In this document: in pieces, positions 47,786-57,273 of the stretch | Layout of the letters: each line of letters begins with the position of its first letter | Position numbering within the stretch: position 1 is the stretch's first letter | Assembly: GCF_041613455.1 (NCBI RefSeq) | Contig: NZ_JBFJHD010000001.1 | Span: forward strand, 1-62,524 | DNA from: Pseudoalteromonas sp. | GTDB lineage: Bacteria; Pseudomonadota; Gammaproteobacteria; Enterobacterales; Alteromonadaceae | Reading direction: 5' to 3' | Length of the DNA stretch: 62,524 bases | Program-made: the position numbers and the translations under genes | Notes under the pieces: generated by a model | Told to the model about the DNA's origin: nothing | Databases searched by the model: none | The model's input: only the letters and a program-made list of their open reading frames with translations

Positions 47786-50447
47786 AATTATTATGCACTA
47801 TTGGTTTTTTTGGAATAAAAGTGTTTAAGTAGCTAAGCACTTCACTAATAAGCTTTATTATGGGTTGTAGTGGTCTGGGTGCGTGAAATAATAAATTGCT
47901 AAAGCCCCTAAAACTGGTTTTTTGTACTTCTTTAAAACTATACGCTGGGCGATCGTGTCTAAAGTTATCTTGCCAGTCTAGCCATGCGTCAGCACGTGAA
48001 AACGTACATTGTATATATTCACCTTGTTTTGCAAGTGATAAATCACTCAATGTAAGCCCTAAGTGATGTGTATTAGTGTTACACACATAGCTAGTGAACG
48101 AAAATTGCTTAGTGCCGCGACTCATTAATAGTTCTATTTTATCATTAACTTGGCAAAAGTGGGGCTGTAAAGTTTTAATACCTACGCCATTATCGCAAAA
48201 ATCAGTAATTTTTACTTTTAAAGTATGGCCATTGGCTAACCGTATTCCTGCGGGAAAATTTGCTTTAATGCGGTGCGACTGCCTTACCTGACGCGCTTCG
48301 GCAGCCACCGCTACCGCAGCGCCTAGAATAATAATATTATAGCTGGCCCACGCCATACTGATGAGCAACACACCATACTGATTAGCATCACCAAATATAA
48401 GCCGAAGAATACCGACTAGCATGCCTAATAGATTGATAACTAATAAGACCAAGTAAGGTTTGGATATTTGCCAATCATAATGCTCTTTTTCGTTGAGCCC
48501 ACCTTTTTCGGTGACATTAAACTTACCTTTATTGGGATTAAATAATGCCACAGTCGTGGGTTTTAAAATGTACCACGCTAACACCGACTCATAGACTTCC
48601 CCCCAAAAAGAATAGCGGTACTTTCCCTGTATTCGCGAGTTGGTGGTTTTTATTTGGATCAGGGTGGGGACGACATAGATAAAAATAGCGATAAACGGCG
48701 CGTAAATAATATAGGCATTGAAATATATCAGTGCCAACGGCGCGGTTAAAAATATTATTCGTGGAATACCCGATAAAAAATGCAGCATGGCATTGATGTA
48801 ACATAATCGCTGCGCTATGTTTAGCCCTTTGCCGAGTAACGGATTGTCGAGTCTAAATATTTGCGCCATACCACGCGCCCAGCGAATGCGTTGCCCTATG
48901 TGCGCCGACAAGCTGTCGGTGGCTAACCCTGCGGCTTGTGGAATATTGATGTAGGTTGTTTTGTAGCCGGCGCGCTGCATGCGCAGTGCGGTGTGAGCAT
49001 CTTCAGTCACGGTTTCATAGGCAAAACCACCGACATCATCCAACGCTTGACGTTTTAACACCGCGCAAGAGCCACAGAAAAAAGTGGCGTCCCACATATC
49101 GTTGCCATCTTGGATCAAGCCATAAAAAAGCATGTTTTCATTGGGTATTTCACTGTGGTTATTTAAATTGCGCTCAAACGGGTCGGCTGAAAAAAAGTGA
49201 TGTGGTGTTTGTACTAAACACACTTGGCTGTCTTTTAAAAATTGCCCCATGGTCACTTGTAAAAAAGAGCGGGCAGGAATATGGTCACAATCGAAAATAG
49301 CAATGTATTCGCCCTGAGTATAGCGCATCGCATTATTCATATTGCCCGCTTTAGCATGGTTATTGTTAGAGCGAGTTACATAGCCGACGTTTACTTGTTG
49401 GGCAAATTCACGGATCTCATCGCGTTTGCCATCGTCTAATAAGTAAACATTGAGTTTATCAGTAGGCCAATCAAGACTTAATGCCGCCAGGGTGGTTGGT
49501 TTTATTACACTTAGAGGTTCATTATAAGTGGGAATATAAACATCAACACTGGGCCACAAGCTGGTGTCGGCAGGCAGCGGAATTGGTTTGCGTTCCAGTG
49601 GGTTAATCGTTTGAAAGAAGCCTAAAATTAACACCACCCAGGCATAAGTTTCCGCAAACAGCAGTGCCATGCCTAAAAACAGCGACAGGGGATCATTCCA
49701 GTTCAAGGTTTCGGTGTAACGCCACCATAAATAGCGCGAAGCGGTAATCACCGACAGCGTGATCATAATAATGGTGGCAAGCTGGCCTTTAACGCGCTTT
49801 AAAGAGTAGGCTACCAGTAAAATAAAACTAATAAAGACAGCTTGCGCTTCTAAGCTAAATGGCACAGTGACAAAGGTGGCAAGTAAAAACAATAAAAAGG
49901 CGATAACGGTATATTTTACTACGCTGTTTTGCCAAATTTTAGCATCGGCCATGGTTTGAAACGCACTTTTTTCCATTTTACGCTGGGGCGTGGAGAAAAG
50001 TCGCTTTAACAGCTTGCCTAATTTTAAATCTAACCAACGCAGTTGCCGAAAACAGTAGCTGATCGCCGCATAAAAATAGTTAATAGCAGGGTCTATAATG
50101 GGACTCGGCTTAGGGCTGCGTCTAAAAAATAGCAAGAATAAGCTTTGCAGTATAAAGCGGATAGAATTTGAATATATATAGCTTCTAAATGGCAATCTTA
50201 AGTGTGGGTAATAGTCATATAAAAATAACTCATAGCTGAGCTTATCCCGTTTAACTTTAACCAGTAATGAACTAAATAAGGTAAAAAATGGCATTAAAAA
50301 CGACTCAATCACATTGACCCGGTGTTGATTAAAGTAGCCATGAAATTGAAACGAGATATAGCGCACTAGCTTGTCGGTAAATAGCAGCATTAGCACCAGC
50401 GTCATGGTGCTATGTATAGGGCGTTGTCGAAATTTCTTAAAGTTCAT
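47778..50447 (-). CDS. bcsA: Cellulose synthase catalytic subunit BcsA
   Basis: PTYNE, DDG, HAKAGN, DCD, FFCGS, TED, QRIRW, FNVTEK; PilZ RQSHR. Confidence 0.97.
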   Translation of the reverse strand: MNFKKFRQRPIHSTMTLVLMLLFTDKLVRYISFQFHGYFNQHRVNVIESFLMPFFTLFSSLLVKVKRDKLSYELFLYDYYPHLRLPFRSYIYSNSIRFILQSLFLLFFRRSPKPSPIIDPAINYFYAAISYCFRQLRWLDLKLGKLLKRLFSTPQRKMEKSAFQTMADAKIWQNSVVKYTVIAFLLFLLATFVTVPFSLEAQAVFISFILLVAYSLKRVKGQLATIIMITLSVITASRYLWWRYTETLNWNDPLSLFLGMALLFAETYAWVVLILGFFQTINPLERKPIPLPADTSLWPSVDVYIPTYNEPLSVIKPTTLAALSLDWPTDKLNVYLLDDGKRDEIREFAQQVNVGYVTRSNNNHAKAGNMNNAMRYTQGEYIAIFDCDHIPARSFLQVTMGQFLKDSQVCLVQTPHHFFSADPFERNLNNHSEIPNENMLFYGLIQDGNDMWDATFFCGSCAVLKRQALDDVGGFAYETVTEDAHTALRMQRAGYKTTYINIPQAAGLATDSLSAHIGQRIRWARGMAQIFRLDNPLLGKGLNIAQRLCYINAMLHFLSGIPRIIFLTAPLALIYFNAYIIYAPFIAIFIYVVPTLIQIKTTNSRIQGKYRYSFWGEVYESVLAWYILKPTTVALFNPNKGKFNVTEKGGLNEKEHYDWQISKPYLVLLVINLLGMLVGILRLIFGDANQYGVLLISMAWASYNIIILGAAVAVAAEARQVRQSHRIKANFPAGIRLANGHTLKVKITDFCDNGVGIKTLQPHFCQVNDKIELLMSRGTKQFSFTSYVCNTNTHHLGLTLSDLSLAKQGEYIQCTFSRADAWLDWQDNFRHDRPAYSFKEVQKTSFRGFSNLLFHAPRPLQPIIKLISEVLSYLNTFIPKKPIVHNNYD

Positions 50448-51163
50448 GGTATTAGCGCTGCTTTACTTATTAACCAACCTACCAATGTTTCAAAGTCATC
50501 GTTCGCTATGCTTAGGGGAGCACAATTTACCGCAACATTTCGTGCTGCGGTTGACTCTTTAACTGCTTCATCATGATTGATAAAAAACGATGCCATCAGC
50601 GGCAGCGTTGATTGCCACAAGCTAAATAGATCAAACTCCAGCGTGGAAGCTGAATTATATTTATTGATTAAAAAAAAGTGCTTCCAGCGTGAGCTTGCGC
50701 CTTTTAAGCTTAATAAGCGCTTATAAATAAGGCTGTGGCATACGGCATCGCAGTTTACTAGCTCCAGCACAATATCATTGGGTTGCAGCGGGATAGTTGC
50801 TAAATCAAGGTGGGCAGGGCAGTCGAATAACAACCAAGTTGTTGCTTTACAGTCTAGTTGTTGGCAATTGTTAATCACGTTGATAATGTCATTTTCATGT
50901 TTCGACATGGTGCCGTAAGGTAGAAAAACTACCCCATCATCATCTTGATAAAAATAGCTCAGTGCCGCTGCAAAGTTATCGGCGTTACTCCAGCCAAATG
51001 TATTGTCCCACGGTAAACCAAAGTGTAAGCTTAAATCGCTTTTCGCATCTAAATCGATGGCAATCACATCGACGTCAGCTTTTTTTAGCGCACACGCAAG
51101 ATTGGCCACTACTGATGTGCTGCCAGTTCCGCCTTTAATTCCTTTTATAAAGACTCGTTGCAC
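50444..51163 (-). CDS. bcsQ: Cellulose biosynthesis ATPase BcsQ (YhjQ)
   Basis: KGGTGSTS MinD/ParA-type Walker A, LSLHFG; directly upstream of bcsA. Confidence 0.9.
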   Translation of the reverse strand: MQRVFIKGIKGGTGSTSVVANLACALKKADVDVIAIDLDAKSDLSLHFGLPWDNTFGWSNADNFAAALSYFYQDDDGVVFLPYGTMSKHENDIINVINNCQQLDCKATTWLLFDCPAHLDLATIPLQPNDIVLELVNCDAVCHSLIYKRLLSLKGASSRWKHFFLINKYNSASTLEFDLFSLWQSTLPLMASFFINHDEAVKESTAARNVAVNCAPLSIANDDFETLVGWLISKAALIP

Positions 51164-51366
51164 GCTGCGTCGCCACCTTTTGCTGAAGTATTCGCTATTA
51201 CACGTTCAATGTCTTTTAATAAAGGGTACTTATTAATGGTTGCTTTATTATATTGGGTGTTAACAATTTCCACATAGTCTTGTTGCCTACCACCAAAATG
51301 TTTGCTCAGATTGGTTACATCGTTAGATGTTAACGTTTGTGAATCTTTTAAAACGATATTTTGCAT
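51145..51366 (-). CDS. bcsR: BcsR (YhjR)
   Basis: ND..L..HF....DY.EI.....KYPLL pattern; overlaps bcsQ start. Confidence 0.75.
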   Translation of the reverse strand: MQNIVLKDSQTLTSNDVTNLSKHFGGRQQDYVEIVNTQYNKATINKYPLLKDIERVIANTSAKGGDAACNESL

Positions 51367-51482
51367 TACTACGTATACCACCCAAACTAAGTAGTTAATA
51401 TTTAAAGTAGACTTTATTTACCTATTATATATAAAATAGCAGCCAAAACTAGTAACAAGTTATTAAAACGAGAGGTGTTTAA

Positions 51483-53126
51483 GTGTTCAAGTTTCATATT
51501 TCGGGATTAGAACCAACAGCACAACAGCTAATGAGCACCTCTAATTACGCGCTGCTCGCGCCATTGGATAGCTTTGTGATTGAGTTAGCCTTGCAGGCAA
51601 TTAGTGATGAGACCGCAGAAAATATATTTATAGTCTCCTCGCAAATCGAGGCTTTTTTTGAATCTCCCTTTTCAGATAAGCTAAATGGTGCATATCAAGA
51701 TCAACGTGTTTATCCCTTTTCATTTACTGCATTAGCCTCAGGTTGGACGTTGCAACACAGTTTGCAAAGAGCCATTGATGAGTTAACAGTGTATCCGCAA
51801 AGCCGTAATTCTTTAGTAATGCTGCATTTAAATACCGAACAATTGCAAGGTATTGATGAGGTAAAGTTATCAAACACGTTGAATTATGTGCAAACGTTTT
51901 TAACACAAAGCAATGCCACCTTATTATTGTTAATCTCGGGCCCTGAGATTGCTAATTACCGTTTTATGATACGCCGGTTGAATAAGCAGTTTGACGGCAG
52001 CGTGTTTATAGAAAGCGATGCCGCAATGCGTATCTTCGATTTTGACTTTTGGCGCCATAGCGCAGGCATTGTCACTAATAAACAATATCAATTAACGATA
52101 AAAAATAACCAATTGATAGCGCAGGCATCGCTTGCAGAAACGCAGTCTACGTTTACTCACAGTGAAAAAAATGATGATGAAGATGACGTCTGGCTAGTCG
52201 CTAATGCGGTACCAGAAGGCACCAAATTACCAAGCTCTTATCATTTAGTGAAAGATAATCAGCAATTATTTAATAAGGGACCCAATGTAACAGCGGCCAC
52301 TTTGGTATTTTCAGTCAGTCGTTACACCGATTTAGCGGAGTTAGCCAATCAGTGTTTTCAATTACGCAAAAATTGCGGGCGTTGGCTTAAACTCGTTATT
52401 CAAAATGTAGATGGCACTATTCGCCACCAAGATGAATGTCTGTTTTTGAACCTAGGGGTAAATTTAATTTTATACAGCTTTTCTGAACCGTCACGATTGC
52501 TCTCACAAATACAGTCAATACAGGGATTTCAATACACGCGACCATTACCTCCTTCTGCTGCTGATGTATTGAAATACACAGAAAATACCTTTGCCAAAGG
52601 CTATTTACCGTTTTTAGAGTTCACTCGCCAAGTTGAAGTTCATAGTGACTCAGCGGTTAATTTAGGGGTCAGTGGGGTGCTGGTGATATTTGAGTTACTG
52701 CCAAGGATTAAACCCATACATGGGCTGCATTTATTTCATATTAAGCGTGCCGGTGACATATTTAGTATTGTTGATAATGAAATTTACTTATATTTGCACG
52801 CGTGTAGAGAGCATGACGTGGGGAATGCAATTCAGCATACCTTTAAGCTTAAAACCGGTGATTTTTTTGGCCATGAAAATTTAATTACCGACCATTTTTA
52901 TATTCAACAAAAATGCAAAGAGTTAAGGCGTCGTTATAAAGGTCAGTCAATCATTGATTATACTAAGCAGTTAACAGAAAATAACCGCAGAGAATTTGCA
53001 GCGGCACAGCGCGTTGATAGCAATCGTGCAGATAACCAAAGCACTGCAGCGAGGCTAGCTTTTAAAGAACGTAAAAATGCCACGCCTTATGTAATGACGT
53101 TAAAGGAGTGTCAAGATGAGTCTTAA
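51483..53126 (+). CDS. bcsE: c-di-GMP receptor BcsE
   Basis: Divergent from bcsRQ; IRHQDECLFL.LG.NLI; GIL RxGD motif (KRAGD); LYLHACR. Confidence 0.85.
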   Translation: MFKFHISGLEPTAQQLMSTSNYALLAPLDSFVIELALQAISDETAENIFIVSSQIEAFFESPFSDKLNGAYQDQRVYPFSFTALASGWTLQHSLQRAIDELTVYPQSRNSLVMLHLNTEQLQGIDEVKLSNTLNYVQTFLTQSNATLLLLISGPEIANYRFMIRRLNKQFDGSVFIESDAAMRIFDFDFWRHSAGIVTNKQYQLTIKNNQLIAQASLAETQSTFTHSEKNDDEDDVWLVANAVPEGTKLPSSYHLVKDNQQLFNKGPNVTAATLVFSVSRYTDLAELANQCFQLRKNCGRWLKLVIQNVDGTIRHQDECLFLNLGVNLILYSFSEPSRLLSQIQSIQGFQYTRPLPPSAADVLKYTENTFAKGYLPFLEFTRQVEVHSDSAVNLGVSGVLVIFELLPRIKPIHGLHLFHIKRAGDIFSIVDNEIYLYLHACREHDVGNAIQHTFKLKTGDFFGHENLITDHFYIQQKCKELRRRYKGQSIIDYTKQLTENNRREFAAAQRVDSNRADNQSTAARLAFKERKNATPYVMTLKECQDES

Positions 53127-53289
53127 TCAGTTTATTATGACAACTGTTATCGCCATGCTGTTGGGTGCGGTATTGTGTTTAGTAGGGACATTTATACTTA
53201 CAAAAATAAAGGCTTATTACCTGAAGTTGACCTTTAAGCATGAGGTTTTAGCGCCTTACACACCAAATACAATAAAAAAGGATAAATAG
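53116..53289 (+). CDS. bcsF: BcsF (single-TM small protein, 57 aa)
   Basis: Not in ORF track; AAGGAG RBS; MSLNQFIMTTVIAMLLGAVLCLVGTFILTKIKAYYLKLTFKHEVLAPYTPNTIKKDK; overlaps bcsE stop and bcsG start. Confidence 0.8.
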   Translation: MSLNQFIMTTVIAMLLGAVLCLVGTFILTKIKAYYLKLTFKHEVLAPYTPNTIKKDK

Positions 53290-54860
53290 TGAAACTATCG
53301 GGTTTAGGTGTTTGGAATCTATATTTTTTAATTAAATTTGTGCTGTTTTATTACGGGGCCATTAAATTTGATGTACTGAGTAACGCAGCACTTGCCGCTT
53401 TTTTAGTGCTGCATTTCTCAAAGCCACTATTAGAAAAACTAAAGCATGTTATCGGTGCTGTGCTTGCGATTAATGTGCTTTACCAAGACTCTTGGTTGCC
53501 GCCAATTAACCGGCTATTAAAACAATCAGACTTGCTACAAGAGTTTAACCTAGGTTATCTATTAGAACTAACCGGCAGAATGATTAATGTTGATTTGCTA
53601 CTTGGCTTGTTTGTACTCATTGTTTGTTTTTGGTATACCTCACAATGGATCCGCTTTACAACAGTGACGGTTCTTGGCTTGGCGCTGATAAGTTATCAAG
53701 GCAACCAGCAAGCAGAACCAGTAGGGCAACCGGTGGTAAGTGCTCACTCCAATCAGCAGCAAGTAAGCTTAAACAACCCTGCTGAAGTGAGTAAATCACG
53801 CTCACCCAATCAACAATTAAATGATTTTTACCAACAACAAAAACAACTTGTAACGCATTTCCCGGCCCAGCTTGAAACACCGTTTGATGTTATTATTTTA
53901 AATATTTGCTCTATGGCCACCGCCGATTTAAATGCTATAGGCGTGAGTGTTGATACCCTTTTTGAAGATTATGATATTGTTTTTTCAGACTTTAATACTG
54001 CAACATCTTACAGTGGTCCAGCCGCTATTCGTCTGCTGCGGGCAAGTTGTGGGCAAACAAGTCAAACCGCGTTATTCGATCCCGCGCCACAGCAATGCTA
54101 TTTATTTGATAACCTCGAAAAGCTAGGCTACAGCAGCCACATTGCAATGAATCATGATGGTCATTTTGATGCGTTTAAAGAGTTGATAAAACAGCATGGT
54201 AATTTAACTGAGCCGGTATTCAATAATCAATCATCCCCCATTATGCAATACAGTTTTGATGATACACCTATCTATTCCGATGGAGCAGTGTTACAGCGTT
54301 GGCTAGCAGAGCAAGGCGATGATTGTGCGCCTTGTGCGCTCTATTACAATTCAATCAGTTTGCACGATGGAAACCAACTTGCCAACCAAGCACGAATGAA
54401 TAGTAAGCAAAGCTATCCACAACGCCATGCCAACTTATTTGCCGACATCACGCAGTTTATTAATAGCTTAGAGCAACGTGGGCGCAATGTCATGCTAATG
54501 ATAGTTCCCGAGCACGGTGCGGCATTAAAAGGTGATCGCGTGCAGTTTGCAGGGCTACGCGAAATACCCAGTCCAGCCATAGTATCGGTACCGGCGGCAA
54601 TTAAGTTTATTGGCCCCGATGTGCCCCGTTTCGAGCAAATTAAAATTGCTAAATCGAGCAGTTATTTTGCCTTGTCGGAGCTGGTCAGTGGTGTCATGAA
54701 AAGCAACCTTTTTGCTGGTAATAACAACCTGTTAGACATAGTAACTCGATTGCCTGCAGCGCCTAAAGTGGCCGAAAACAGTGGCACCATTATGATGTAC
54801 ATAAATCAGCGCCCTTATATTCAGCTTGATGGCGGTCAGTGGACTGCTTACCCAGAATGA
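53289..54860 (+). CDS. bcsG: Cellulose phosphoethanolamine transferase BcsG
   Basis: GLGVWNLYFLIKF, LNICS, TSYSGPAAIRLLRASCGQ, SLHDGN, VPEHG. Confidence 0.95.
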   Translation: MKLSGLGVWNLYFLIKFVLFYYGAIKFDVLSNAALAAFLVLHFSKPLLEKLKHVIGAVLAINVLYQDSWLPPINRLLKQSDLLQEFNLGYLLELTGRMINVDLLLGLFVLIVCFWYTSQWIRFTTVTVLGLALISYQGNQQAEPVGQPVVSAHSNQQQVSLNNPAEVSKSRSPNQQLNDFYQQQKQLVTHFPAQLETPFDVIILNICSMATADLNAIGVSVDTLFEDYDIVFSDFNTATSYSGPAAIRLLRASCGQTSQTALFDPAPQQCYLFDNLEKLGYSSHIAMNHDGHFDAFKELIKQHGNLTEPVFNNQSSPIMQYSFDDTPIYSDGAVLQRWLAEQGDDCAPCALYYNSISLHDGNQLANQARMNSKQSYPQRHANLFADITQFINSLEQRGRNVMLMIVPEHGAALKGDRVQFAGLREIPSPAIVSVPAAIKFIGPDVPRFEQIKIAKSSSYFALSELVSGVMKSNLFAGNNNLLDIVTRLPAAPKVAENSGTIMMYINQRPYIQLDGGQWTAYPE

Positions 54861-54903
54861 GAGTGGATACCGCGCTGGGCTTGATTAGCTAAAGGTAAAG
54901 TTT

Positions 54904-54921
54904 TGTCCAATTTTGTTTACA
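54904..54921. promoter_or_regulatory. Putative TyrR/PhhR box (autoregulation)
   Basis: TGTCCA-N6-TTTACA versus consensus TGTAAA-N6-TTTACA. Confidence 0.55.
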
Positions 54922-54990
54922 ATATGCTATCCAGCAGATCAGAGTTAGCGTATTATTCAGGTAATGTAGTTTTACCTTATTTGAGGGTGT

Positions 54991-56547
54991 ATGCGATTAG
55001 ATATTCACTGTGCAGACCGAGTTGGTATTGCTCAAGAAATTCTTAATATTTTAGTTAACTATAATGTTGATCTAAAGGGAATTGAGGTCGATTCAGTTAA
55101 TTGTCGTATGTATGTGAGTTTTCCTGAAATTGAGTTTGAGCAGTTTCAAAAAATCATGCCATCCATTCGCTTAATTGACGGTGTTCATGACGTGCGCACC
55201 ACCGCTTTTTTACCTTCTGAGCGTGAGCATAACGAGCTTAATACTTTACTAAGAGCACTTCCCGATGGCGTTATTTCGATTGATGCTAAAGGGTGGGTGC
55301 GTTTATGTAATGACGCGGCATGTAAAGATTTACAATTAACAGAAAAAGAAGTGATTGGCGCAAATATTAATAATTTGCTCAAAGGCTTTAACTTTACCCG
55401 TTGGCTTGAAGGAAAAGAAGTGTTGGGCCAAACCACGCGCGTAGAAGTGGCGGGGGAAGATTTTATTGCTGATATATTACCCATTGCCGTACCGCAAGGC
55501 AAAGAAGGCGATGTGCTTGCCGGTGCAGTAATAAACATAAAATCGCAAAGCCGTTTAGGGCAACAAGTCAGTGCCTTTAGACGCTATGGGCAAGAAAGCT
55601 TTGCTACTATTCATAACTTTAGTACCGCTATGCGCCGTGTAGTGCGTGAAGCACGTAAAATGGCGCAGCTAGAAGCCCCTATTTTAATTACCGGCGAAAC
55701 CGGAACCGGTAAAGAGCTACTTGCGCGGGCATGTCATTACGCGTCTAATCGCTCTGTTAAGCCCTTTATTGCGTTGTCGTGTGCGTCACTGCCCGATGAT
55801 GTAGCCGAGTCTGAATTATTTGGTTATGCCGGATACGAAGAAAATGCAGCCCCAAAACGTGGCGTGCTTGAGCAAGCTGATGGCGGCACGGTCTTTTTGG
55901 ATGAAGTAGGCGAAATGTCTACGCAGTTACAAACCAAGCTGCTACGTTTTTTACAAGATGGCACATTTAGAAAAGTAGGCGATGAAAACGAAGTAAAAGT
56001 AAATGTGCGTATAATTGCTGCCACGCAAAAAGACTTACCAGCTATGGTGCAAGAAGGGGTTTTTAGGGAAGATTTATATTATCGTATCAATGTACTTACC
56101 CTTGAGATAGCACCATTGAGGGATCGTAAAGCCGATGTGGGCCCCCTTGCTGAACACTTTATTCAAAAGTATGCCCAGCAAAATGGCCACGATGTTCCGC
56201 TGTTATCGCAAGAATGCTTAAGCTTTTTACAAGCCTATCCGTGGCCTGGAAATGTGCGCCAGTTAGAAAATGCGATTTACCGTGCTGTGTCGCTGTTAGA
56301 TGACAGTGAATTACGCGTAGAGCATTTGCAACTGCCTACCTTTACCCATGATTTAGGCTACTTAGAGTCAGATTTTGAAGGCACACTCGATCAGGCAGTG
56401 AAGCGTTTTGAAGCAACGTTACTCCGTAAGCTTTATCCGGCTTACCCAAGCTCGCGTCAATTGGCAAAACGACTTGGCCTAAGTCACACCGCGGTGGCCA
56501 ACAAATTACGTGATTACGGGATTAACCGTAAAACAGTTAAAGTGTAG
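54991..56547 (+). CDS. tyrR: Transcriptional regulator TyrR/PhhR
   Basis: ACT (MRLDIHCADRVGI), PAS, AAA+ GETGTGKE without GAFTGA, C-terminal YPSSRQLAKRLGLSHTAVANKLR. Confidence 0.93.
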   Translation: MRLDIHCADRVGIAQEILNILVNYNVDLKGIEVDSVNCRMYVSFPEIEFEQFQKIMPSIRLIDGVHDVRTTAFLPSEREHNELNTLLRALPDGVISIDAKGWVRLCNDAACKDLQLTEKEVIGANINNLLKGFNFTRWLEGKEVLGQTTRVEVAGEDFIADILPIAVPQGKEGDVLAGAVINIKSQSRLGQQVSAFRRYGQESFATIHNFSTAMRRVVREARKMAQLEAPILITGETGTGKELLARACHYASNRSVKPFIALSCASLPDDVAESELFGYAGYEENAAPKRGVLEQADGGTVFLDEVGEMSTQLQTKLLRFLQDGTFRKVGDENEVKVNVRIIAATQKDLPAMVQEGVFREDLYYRINVLTLEIAPLRDRKADVGPLAEHFIQKYAQQNGHDVPLLSQECLSFLQAYPWPGNVRQLENAIYRAVSLLDDSELRVEHLQLPTFTHDLGYLESDFEGTLDQAVKRFEATLLRKLYPAYPSSRQLAKRLGLSHTAVANKLRDYGINRKTVKV

Positions 56548-56653
56548 TCGCTTGCCACAGCCGTTATCGACTTGATCGCACGTGGAAAGTGGTTTTGTAT
56601 GCTTTAATACACTAAACCTAGCTAAACACGTGTGATACACTTAATTTAACTTT

Positions 56654-56670
56654 AACTGGTAAGACCTCTA
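56654..56670 (+). promoter_or_regulatory. Putative FadR operator
   Basis: AACTGGTAAGACCTCTA ending 2 nt before GTG start. Confidence 0.6.
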
Positions 56671-56672
56671 CT

Positions 56673-57209
56673 GTGAACTTATATATTCGACTCATTTTAT
56701 TATTTTTTAAAATCAAGCGTAACCGCGACTATCAACCACTGCTTGATAGCATAGATATTGATTACAAAGCACTGCCTACAGATTGCGATATTAATTTGCA
56801 TTTAACGAACTCACGTTACTTAGCAATGATGGACTTATCGCGTACTTGGATGACTGAGCGAGTGGGGTTATTAAAACAGATATTAAAACGTCGCTGGTTT
56901 CCTATTGTTAACGCCACTGCGATCACTTATATTCGCGATATCAAACCCATGCAGCGCTATACTATTAGTACCCGCTTAGTGGGCTGGGATCATAAGTACT
57001 TTTATATAGAGCAAAAATTTCACTCGCAGCGTGGTTTGCACGCAATCGCATACGTGCGCGGGGTGTTTAAAAGCAAAAAGGGCATAGTAAGTATTGAAGA
57101 AATGCTGGCAGTAGCTGGCTTTGATGGCGTAGCGCCTATTTTACCGAGCGAAGTCATGCACTGGAAAGAAATGCTAGAGCAGAAAAAAATCACTAATTTA
57201 CCGCGCTAA
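56673..57209 (+). CDS. Acyl-CoA thioesterase-family hotdog protein (4HBT/THEM6-like)
   Basis: LPTDCDINLHLTNSRYLAMMDLSR; GWD.KYFYIEQ.F. Confidence 0.85.
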   Translation: MNLYIRLILLFFKIKRNRDYQPLLDSIDIDYKALPTDCDINLHLTNSRYLAMMDLSRTWMTERVGLLKQILKRRWFPIVNATAITYIRDIKPMQRYTISTRLVGWDHKYFYIEQKFHSQRGLHAIAYVRGVFKSKKGIVSIEEMLAVAGFDGVAPILPSEVMHWKEMLEQKKITNLPR

Positions 57210-57226
57210 TTACTTATAAAGTTTTA

Positions 57227-57256
57227 GTTAAAAAAGGCCTTACGGCCTTTTTTAAC
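57227..57256. terminator. Bidirectional terminator
   Basis: gttaaaaaaggcc-ttac-ggccttttttaac. Confidence 0.88.
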
Positions 57257-57273
57257 AGAGATACGTAATACCA

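Noticed and set aside
54959-54977. AGGTAA-N7-TTACCT palindrome just before tyrR
   Set aside because: Spacing does not fit a TyrR box; may be a weak leader hairpin, with too little evidence.
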